NCBI GenBank assembly: GCA_965261395.1
Contig: OZ253462.1
Span: 4,928,001 to 4,992,000, forward strand
DNA from: Candidatus Latescibacterota bacterium
GTDB lineage: Bacteria > Latescibacterota > UBA2968 > UBA8231
DNA length: 64,000 nucleotides
Direction of reading: 5' to 3'
The position numbers and the translations under genes are program-made. The notes beneath the pieces were generated by a model. It saw only the letters and a list, made by a program, of their open reading frames with translations, was not told where the DNA came from and did not search any database. The first letter of the stretch is position 1. Every line of letters starts with the position of its first letter. Shown here one piece after another: positions 57,447 through 64,000 of this stretch.

Positions 57447-57724
57447 TTCAATACCAAGTTCTCTACTGGCGCGACATTCCCGCGCAAATCAAGCTCTTTG
57501 TCGGCCGCCGGCCGCGCTCGCATACCTTGCCCGCCCGCTTCCAGCTCGCGATCGATCGCATCGCCATGCAGGAGGGCCTAGTGGGCACCGACGCCTATCT
57601 AGACCAGTGGCACTGGTCCGCAAAGCAAGAGCGCGCCGGCACACCCGAAGACGTGCTACAAACGATCTTGCGCGAAACCGAAGAGGAGGGCGACCGCATC
57701 CTCGCCGAGTATAAACGATCATGA
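57443..57724 (+). CDS. Small 'Virulence_fact' (CvfC N-terminal-like) family protein
   Basis: YWRDIPAQ...LP.RFQ.AIDR.AM..G..GTDAYL.QW pattern; ATGA-coupled to both neighbours. Confidence 0.75.
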   Translation: MIQYQVLYWRDIPAQIKLFVGRRPRSHTLPARFQLAIDRIAMQEGLVGTDAYLDQWHWSAKQERAGTPEDVLQTILRETEEEGDRILAEYKRS

Positions 57725-59601
57725 TTTACGACAAAGCGTATCAAGTCATCGTCGTCGGCGGCGGCCACGCCGGTACCGAGGCCGCACTCGCCGCGGCGCG
57801 CATGGGAGCCGAGACCCTGCTCCTAACTATGAACTTGGACACCATTGGCCAGCTATCCTGCAACCCGGCTATCGGCGGGATCGGCAAGGGACACATCGTC
57901 AAGGAAATCGACGCGCTCGGCGGCCAGATGGCCGTCAACATCGACCGCACTGGCATCCAATTCCGCCGCCTCAACACTTCGCGCGGACCAGCCGTGCGCG
58001 CCTCGCGGGCGCAAGCCGACAAAAAGGACTACCAATTTGAATTGAAGTACACCTGCGAACAGCAGGAGCATCTCGACATCCGCCAAGGCATGATGGAGAG
58101 CTTGCTGATCGAGGACGGAGCCGTCCAAGGCGTCGGCGTCAAGGGCGGTATCGCCTACCGCGGGCGCACCGTCATCCTCACGACCGGCACCTTCCTCCGA
58201 GGCAAAATCCACGTCGGCGATTTCTCCTATAGCGCCGGGCGCGCCGGTGAGACCGCGGCCGAAAAGGCCGCCGAGGGCTTGGTCGCACTCGGTTTTGAGA
58301 CTGGCCGGCTCAAAACCGGCACCCCACCGCGCGTCAACGGCCGCACCCTCGACTTTGCTGCGTTCGACGAACAGCCCGGCGACGACCCACCGCGCCCCTT
58401 TTCCTATGCGGTGCAAAAAATCACCCAGCCGCAAATGCCCTGCTGGATCACCTACACCAACGCCCACACCCACCAGATCGTCCAAGACAACCTATCGCGC
58501 TCGGCCATGTACAGCGGGCGCATCGAGGGCATCGGCCCGCGCTACTGCCCCTCCATAGAGGACAAAATCGCGCGCTTTGCCGACAAGGAGCGGCACCAAG
58601 TTTTCGTCGAGCCAGAGGGGCGTCGCACTCTTGAGTTTTATCTCAACGGCCTATCGATGAGCCTGCCGGAAGCCCTGCAACACCAGATCGTGCGCTCCCT
58701 GCCCGGCCTCGAACGGGCCGAGATCATGCGCCCGGCGTACGCGGTCGAATACGATTACGCCCCGCCGACCCAGCTCTACCCGCACCTAGAGACCAAGCGC
58801 GTGGCCAATCTCTTCTTCGCCGGCCAGATCAACGGCACCACCGGCTATGAAGAAGCCGCGGCCCAGGGGATCATGGCCGGCATCAACGCCGTGCTCAAGG
58901 CTCGCGGCGAAGACCCGCTCGTGCTCACGCGCGCCGATGCCTACATCGGCGTCCTCATCGACGACCTCGTGACCAAAGGCACCCTCGAACCGTACCGCAT
59001 CTTCACCTCGCGCGCCGAGTACCGCCTGCTCTTGCGCGAAGACAACGCCGACGACCGACTGATGGCCAAGGGCCGAGCGCTGGGGTTGGTCGGCGACGAC
59101 CTGTGGCATCGGTTTCAAACCAAGCGGCAACAGGTCGCTGCCGAGCGCGAACGCCTACAGCACGAGCGCGTCAAACCGACCGAAAAGGTGCGGGAAGTCT
59201 TGGCGCGGCAGGGCACCGCTCCCATCACCGAATCGACCTCGCTCGCCGAGTTGCTGCGCCGCCCCCAACTCACCTACGACCACCTCTGCGAATTCGCCCC
59301 GCCGCCACAACCCCTTTCCCCAGACGCGGCCGAACACGTCGAGGCCGAGATCAAATACGCGGGGTACATCAAGCGCCAAGAGACCCAAGCGCAAAAGCTC
59401 AAGCGCCTCGAATCCATGCGCCTGCCGACCGATTTTGACTTTGCCGTTCCCGGACTGAACATTTCGACCGAGGCGCGCCAAAAGCTCGCGGCGATCCGCC
59501 CGCAGACCCTAGGACAGGCTTCGCGCATTTCCGGGGTTTCGCCCGCGGATCTCGCTTCGCTCATGGTCTTCTTGCACGCCCGCACCCAATCCGCCAGCTA
59601 G
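57721..59601 (+). CDS. mnmG: tRNA uridine-5-carboxymethylaminomethyl modification enzyme
   Basis: [73 protein letters not shown]. Confidence 0.98.
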   Translation: MIYDKAYQVIVVGGGHAGTEAALAAARMGAETLLLTMNLDTIGQLSCNPAIGGIGKGHIVKEIDALGGQMAVNIDRTGIQFRRLNTSRGPAVRASRAQADKKDYQFELKYTCEQQEHLDIRQGMMESLLIEDGAVQGVGVKGGIAYRGRTVILTTGTFLRGKIHVGDFSYSAGRAGETAAEKAAEGLVALGFETGRLKTGTPPRVNGRTLDFAAFDEQPGDDPPRPFSYAVQKITQPQMPCWITYTNAHTHQIVQDNLSRSAMYSGRIEGIGPRYCPSIEDKIARFADKERHQVFVEPEGRRTLEFYLNGLSMSLPEALQHQIVRSLPGLERAEIMRPAYAVEYDYAPPTQLYPHLETKRVANLFFAGQINGTTGYEEAAAQGIMAGINAVLKARGEDPLVLTRADAYIGVLIDDLVTKGTLEPYRIFTSRAEYRLLLREDNADDRLMAKGRALGLVGDDLWHRFQTKRQQVAAERERLQHERVKPTEKVREVLARQGTAPITESTSLAELLRRPQLTYDHLCEFAPPPQPLSPDAAEHVEAEIKYAGYIKRQETQAQKLKRLESMRLPTDFDFAVPGLNISTEARQKLAAIRPQTLGQASRISGVSPADLASLMVFLHARTQSAS

Positions 59602-59605
59602 CGGA

Positions 59606-59646
59606 CAAAAAAACGCCCCTGCACGGCAACAGCAGTGCAAGAGCGT
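59606..59646 (-). terminator. Possible terminator between convergent mnmG and nuclease genes
   Basis: A-run followed by the imperfect stem ACGC..TGCAC / GTGCA..GCGT. Confidence 0.4.
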
Positions 59647-59673
59647 CCAAGCGCGGCGCGGCGAGAGCGCCCC

Positions 59674-60375
59674 TTATCCTTCGGACTCTAGCTCGCTGAT
59701 GCGGTCGCGGACCTTGGCCGCCTGCTCGTAGGCCTCTTGGGCGATGAGGTAGTCCAAGTGCGCCTTGAGCTGCTCCAACTGGCTTATCGGCTCGCCCGTC
59801 TGCGGATCCACAAACGCCTCCGACTGCTTCGCGGCACTTTCGTGCTCAGTTGCTTCATCCTCTGCGGGCGCATCTGGATCCTCCTCGGGTACAGCCGCTT
59901 GTTCGCCCTCGGCCCCTTCGCGCTGGTCGGAGTGCTCCAGCGGCTGGCCAGCCGCCTCCATTACCTCTGGGGTCATGAAGAGCGGCACGCCCAAGAGCGT
60001 GGCCAAGATCATGCCGTCGCTGGGGCGGCAGTCGAGGTAGAAGGACTGGCCCTGGGCCTGGACCAGCAGGTAGGCGTGGAAAACGTCTTCTTTGAGTGTG
60101 TGGACCACCAGCTTGTGGACCACAGCGTTGATTCGCTTGAGCAGGTTGCACAACAGATCGTGCGGCAACGGCCGCGGCAAGGCAATTTTGCGGATGGCCA
60201 TGGCGAGGGCTTGACCCTCAAAATGGCCGATCGTGATGGGCACCACAGTGTTTTCCGTGCCCTTGATCAAGACCAAAAACTTCTGCGGGATGCCCAAGCC
60301 CTGCTCCGCGTCTGGATAGGGGTACATGTCGAAAATGTACACCGGAATTAGATGGCTTTCTTCGTCTTTCATCAC
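59674..60375 (-). CDS. Bifunctional nuclease (DUF151) domain protein with C-terminal UvrB/C (UVR) motif
   Basis: PITIG.FE.QA, PRPL.HDL, DCRPSD; C-terminal EAYEQAAKVRDRI. Confidence 0.88.
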   Translation of the reverse strand: MMKDEESHLIPVYIFDMYPYPDAEQGLGIPQKFLVLIKGTENTVVPITIGHFEGQALAMAIRKIALPRPLPHDLLCNLLKRINAVVHKLVVHTLKEDVFHAYLLVQAQGQSFYLDCRPSDGMILATLLGVPLFMTPEVMEAAGQPLEHSDQREGAEGEQAAVPEEDPDAPAEDEATEHESAAKQSEAFVDPQTGEPISQLEQLKAHLDYLIAQEAYEQAAKVRDRISELESEG

Positions 60376-60445
60376 TCCCGTACCCTCGTATAGATTGCTG
60401 TATTCGTCAGTAATATAGGCTTTTGCCGGGCAAATACAATTTTCT

Positions 60446-61165
60446 TTAGATCAAGCCGCGCTCCTTCAAGCTAAGGAAATCGTCGCTGCCGATGATGAGG
60501 TGGTCGAGCACGTCAATGCCCATGATTTCGCCGGCCTGCACCAAGCGCCGCGTCAGGTTGATGTCGTCCTGGCTGGGCGACACGTCGCCGGAGGGATGGT
60601 TGTGCGCCAAGATCAAGCTGGCCGCAGCCTGCGATACGGCCGTGCGAAAGACCTCGCGCGGATGCACGATAGCCGAAGATAGACTGCCGATGGACACGAC
60701 CTCCTTGTGGATCACCTGATTGCGGGCGTTGAGATACAGGCAGAGGAAGTGCTCGCGCTGCTGATCCTTGATATCGGACAGCATCGACAGTGCGTCGCCG
60801 GGCGCACTAATCACCGGCCGCACCCCTAAGCCCTTGTGCAACCCGCGACGTGCCAGTTCAAACGCCGCGACTAAGACCCCGGACTTGGCCTTGCCCAGCC
60901 CCTTAATCCGGCTCAATTCCCCTATATCCATATCCACCAGCGATTCCTTGGGGTAATCGGCGAGGATGCCCTCGGCTAAGTCCATCACGTGCCGACCGCG
61001 ATACCCCGTCCCCAAGGCCACGGCCAACAGCTCTTGATCCTTGAGCGCCTGCGGACCCAAGCGCGCGAGCCGCTCCCTTGGCAGTTCGTCGGGGCGGAAG
61101 AGTGGCCCCTCGCCCACGGTGCGGGCGGCAAAGTCGTAGTCAATGGGCTGAGTTTGCGTTGGCAC
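60446..61165 (-). CDS. radC: RadC-family JAB/MPN domain protein (full length with HhH)
   Basis: PRERL..LG..AL.D.ELLA, IKGLG.AK, REHF, VHPREVF, AHNHPSGD..PS..D, LDHLIIG. GTG start at 61165 follows AGGAGG. Confidence 0.93.
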   Translation of the reverse strand: MPTQTQPIDYDFAARTVGEGPLFRPDELPRERLARLGPQALKDQELLAVALGTGYRGRHVMDLAEGILADYPKESLVDMDIGELSRIKGLGKAKSGVLVAAFELARRGLHKGLGVRPVISAPGDALSMLSDIKDQQREHFLCLYLNARNQVIHKEVVSIGSLSSAIVHPREVFRTAVSQAAASLILAHNHPSGDVSPSQDDINLTRRLVQAGEIMGIDVLDHLIIGSDDFLSLKERGLI

Positions 61166-61338
61166 GGTGCGTTCCTCCTTGGGCAAAGCTGTAGCAAAAA
61201 AACCACGCGACTGTAGCGTCCAGCTCCCACGAGCCACCGGGCACTAGACGCAACCGACGTAATAAGCAGAATCTGTGCCAGCACCTTGCTTTGCCCCGAC
61301 CCCCCTCCTATATTTTTTCGCATTACCCCCCATTGCCG

Positions 61339-63777
61339 ATGTCTAACCCACGCTTGGTCCTAGCCCCAACCCCGCTTTACCGCCTGCTGCTCGCCGCACT
61401 GAGCGGGGCCTTACTCTCGTTGGCCTTTCCCAGTCACCCTGACCACCCTCTCGCCTTTCTCTATCATCCGGTCTGGGCCCATTTTGCGCTGGTGCCTTTG
61501 CTGCTCGCACTGCAAGGTCGCGGCTTCAAAGCCGGCTTTGCCTCGGGTTGGATCAGCGGCTTGGTCTGGAATCTGCTGTCCCTGTACTGGGTGGCCTATA
61601 CCCAAGGCGGGGGCCTCGCCGTGGTCGGGGGCACCGGGCTGATGGCCGCTTATTTGGGCCTTTTTACTGGTCTCTGCATCGGGCTGTTCAACGTGCTCGC
61701 CGCGCGGTGGGGCGCAAAGGCACTCGTGCTGCTGCCTTTGTTGTGGACCGGGCAGGAATATCTGCTCTCCCTCGGGGAGTTGGGGTTTCCCTGGCTCTTG
61801 CTGGGGCACAGCCAAGCAGCCCTGCCCCACTTCATCCAGTACGCCACCTGGACCGGCGTCTTTGGCGTCTCCTGTTGGGTCGTCGGCCTCAACGCGCTGT
61901 TTTACTTGGCGCTCGTCGAGCGGCGCGTCTTCCTCGGGGGCGTTGCCTTGGGCTATCTCTTGCCTTGGCTCCACGCTCAGAGCGCGCTGGCTGCGCCCGT
62001 TCCGGCCGAGGGCCTGCGCATCGGCCTGATCCAACCGAACACCACGTACGCCGACAAGTGGGGGCCCAACGGGCTGGAGCGCACTTTTTCAACCCTCGCC
62101 GCGCTCTCGCGCCAAGCGGCCAAGCGCGATCCCGAACTGCTGGTCTGGCCCGAAACCGCCTTGCCGTGCGATCCCGTGCGCCGGGCTGGTTGCCGAGGCC
62201 GCGTCCAAGCGCTCGTCGAGGAGCTGGACATTTCCCTGCTGACCGGCGCGCCGCACGCGAACTACAACGCGGCCTTCTTCGTACAACCTGGGGCCACAGC
62301 CCTGCCTTCGTACGCCAAGATGCACTTAGTGCCCTTTGGCGAGCGAACGCCCTACCGAGACGCCATCCCCTTGCTGCGCGACATCGACTGGTCCCGCCTG
62401 ACCGGCGACCTCGGCCCGGCGGAATTTTCGCGCGGCACGGAGCACGCGGTTTTTGCCCATCCCCGACACCCCTTTGCCGTACTCATCTGCTTTGAGTCTA
62501 TCTTTCCCGATCTGGTGCGCCAGCACGTAGCGGCTGGGGCTCGCGTGCTGGTCAACATTACCAATGACTCGTGGTTTGGCCGCAGCGCGGGACCCTACCA
62601 ACACGCCCTCATCAACGCCATGCGCGCCGTTGAAAACCGCACGGCCATCGCCCGCGCCGCCACCTCCGGCATCTCCCTGTTCATCGACCCGTTTGGCCGC
62701 ACCTACGAGGCGACCGACCTCTTCACACCCGCGATCGCGGTCGCCACCGTGCCGGTCGGCCAGCCTACGACTTTCTACACCCGGCACGGCGACTTCTTCG
62801 CCTGGGGCTGCCTACTGATCTCCCTAGGTGCCTTCGCCGCCCTTTTCCGCAAGCCGCGACCCACCCGCGAGGCAGCAGAAGCTGACCTCGACTCAGAAGT
62901 TCAACACGAACCAGAAGCTGACCTCGATCCAGAAGCTAACCATGACCCAGACCCGCCCCGGGAAAACAACATGCCCTTTCTCGACCACCTCGAAGAACTT
63001 CGCTGGCGCATTCTCAAGGCTCTAGGTGCGCTCGTCGTAGGCGCGGCGATTTGCTTCGCCCTCTCCGACTCAATCGTGCAGATCTTGACCCGGCCGTACG
63101 AAGAAGCCGTCTTCAGCTTGGAGAACCAGCAATCCTCGGGCGCGGTGCAGTTGGTGCGCCAGTGGTTGGGCCTGTCCGATGCTGCGCCGGAGCCGGACGC
63201 GCCAATCGCCGACCTGCCTCCGGCGCGTCGTCTGCAATCCCTCCGACCCATGACCTACTTCTTCATCAGTCTGCAAATCGCCTTTGTTGGCGGGCTGCTA
63301 TTGGCGCTGCCCGCCCTCTTCTACCAAGCCTGGCGCTTTGTCGCCCCAGGGCTTTTGCAGCGCGAGAAACGGCTCATGGTGCCCATTATCTCGCTGAGCG
63401 TCTTCTGCTTTTCGGTCGGCGCGATGATCGCCTATTACATCGTCCTCCCGCTCGGGCTGCGCTTTTTTCTCTCGCTAGAGCCGCCCGACATGACCTCGCA
63501 ATGGGCGGCCGACGAGTACATCGGCTTTGTGCTGCGGCTGATCGCCGGCTTTGGCATTGTCTTTGAGATGCCGGTGCTGTCGCTCTTTTTGGCCAAGGTC
63601 GGCGTGCTGACCGCCGCGCGGATGCGCCACATTCGCCGCTATGCCATCATCGGCATCTTCGTCCTCGGCGCGATCTTCACACCGCCCGACCCAGTCTCCC
63701 AGATCCTGATGGCCCTGCCCCTGCTCCTGCTCTACGAAATCAGCATCTGGGTCTGCAAAATCTCCGAGCGCAAATAA
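61339..63777 (+). CDS. lnt-tatC: Apolipoprotein N-acyltransferase fused in frame to twin-arginine translocase subunit TatC
   Basis: Lnt: GFPW..LG.SQ, VWPETA, YAKMHLVPFGE, LICFES, NITNDSWFG, RAVEN. TatC from 62971: MPFLDHLEELRWR, YQAWRFVAPGL..EK, FEMP, RRYAI, FTPPDPVSQ, LYEISI. No stop between them. Confidence 0.9.
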   Translation: MSNPRLVLAPTPLYRLLLAALSGALLSLAFPSHPDHPLAFLYHPVWAHFALVPLLLALQGRGFKAGFASGWISGLVWNLLSLYWVAYTQGGGLAVVGGTGLMAAYLGLFTGLCIGLFNVLAARWGAKALVLLPLLWTGQEYLLSLGELGFPWLLLGHSQAALPHFIQYATWTGVFGVSCWVVGLNALFYLALVERRVFLGGVALGYLLPWLHAQSALAAPVPAEGLRIGLIQPNTTYADKWGPNGLERTFSTLAALSRQAAKRDPELLVWPETALPCDPVRRAGCRGRVQALVEELDISLLTGAPHANYNAAFFVQPGATALPSYAKMHLVPFGERTPYRDAIPLLRDIDWSRLTGDLGPAEFSRGTEHAVFAHPRHPFAVLICFESIFPDLVRQHVAAGARVLVNITNDSWFGRSAGPYQHALINAMRAVENRTAIARAATSGISLFIDPFGRTYEATDLFTPAIAVATVPVGQPTTFYTRHGDFFAWGCLLISLGAFAALFRKPRPTREAAEADLDSEVQHEPEADLDPEANHDPDPPRENNMPFLDHLEELRWRILKALGALVVGAAICFALSDSIVQILTRPYEEAVFSLENQQSSGAVQLVRQWLGLSDAAPEPDAPIADLPPARRLQSLRPMTYFFISLQIAFVGGLLLALPALFYQAWRFVAPGLLQREKRLMVPIISLSVFCFSVGAMIAYYIVLPLGLRFFLSLEPPDMTSQWAADEYIGFVLRLIAGFGIVFEMPVLSLFLAKVGVLTAARMRHIRRYAIIGIFVLGAIFTPPDPVSQILMALPLLLLYEISIWVCKISERK
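62876..62947 (+). repeat. 4 x 18-bp degenerate tandem repeat forming the acidic Lnt-TatC linker
   Basis: Units read directly: cagaagctgacctcgact / cagaagttcaacacgaac / cagaagctgacctcgatc / cagaagctaaccatgacc. Confidence 0.8.
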
Positions 63778-63931
63778 ATTCTCTTCATCCGCCTCGGCGG
63801 GCGGCTACAACCCCAAAACGCTATCCGCATTTGCAGAAGACCTGACCTATGGACGGGATTTCCAAGGTTGCCAGGTGGCAGCAGAGGTGCGTTGAGGGGT
63901 TAAAAGAAGACGAGAGATGGGAGATGGAGAT

Positions 63932-64000
63932 ATGGACACAGCCGTTCGATTCATGCTCGCGTCGATTGCGCTCCTCGCAATAGTCAACCACGCGCACGCA
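63932..64000 (+). CDS. 5' start of a secreted protein (truncated by window edge)
   Basis: GGAGA then ATG; MDTAVRFMLASIALLAIVNHAHA is a signal peptide ending A-H-A. Confidence 0.5.
   Translation, partial: MDTAVRFMLASIALLAIVNHAHA

Noticed and set aside
60446-61165. radC as a marker of a mobile element
   Set aside because: Full-length chromosomal-type RadC among housekeeping genes; no integrase, relaxase or att sites seen.

Overview
High-GC bacterial chromosomal window, densely coding (about 46 CDS). I found no rRNA, tRNA, CRISPR array, integrase or transposase. Protein styles (many FlgD-Ig/'PNPFTPNGDG' secreted proteins, CRTAC1/ASPIC-UnbV+TPR proteins, a C-terminal 'SWGQLK' motif) suggest an FCB-group organism such as Latescibacterota; this is inference only. 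Housekeeping genes include pgi-like, gnd, dsbD, ribB, rarA, lptE, coaX, an S41 protease, lipA, mnmG and radC. Three things stand out. (1) A corrinoid methyl-transfer / split methionine-synthase system with a divergent FadR regulator: unknown Cys/His protein, MtaA/CmuA-type methyltransferase, corrinoid protein, RACo activator and MetF-MetV at 27.3-33.3 kb; pterin-binding methyltransferase, homocysteine methyltransferase and Virulence_fact-like protein at 54.4-57.7 kb. (2) A ~21 kb block separating those halves that encodes an apparently uncharacterised cell-surface module: a PPIase lipoprotein, three paralogous FlgD-Ig proteins all ending in -AY, a ~890-aa barrel-like protein, a GT-C+TPR protein, a CBM9-like protein, a CRTAC1-TPR protein and a sialate O-acetylesterase. 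(3) An in-frame Lnt-TatC fusion at 61.3-63.8 kb. All calls come from motif recognition in the translated sequence; no database searches were run.
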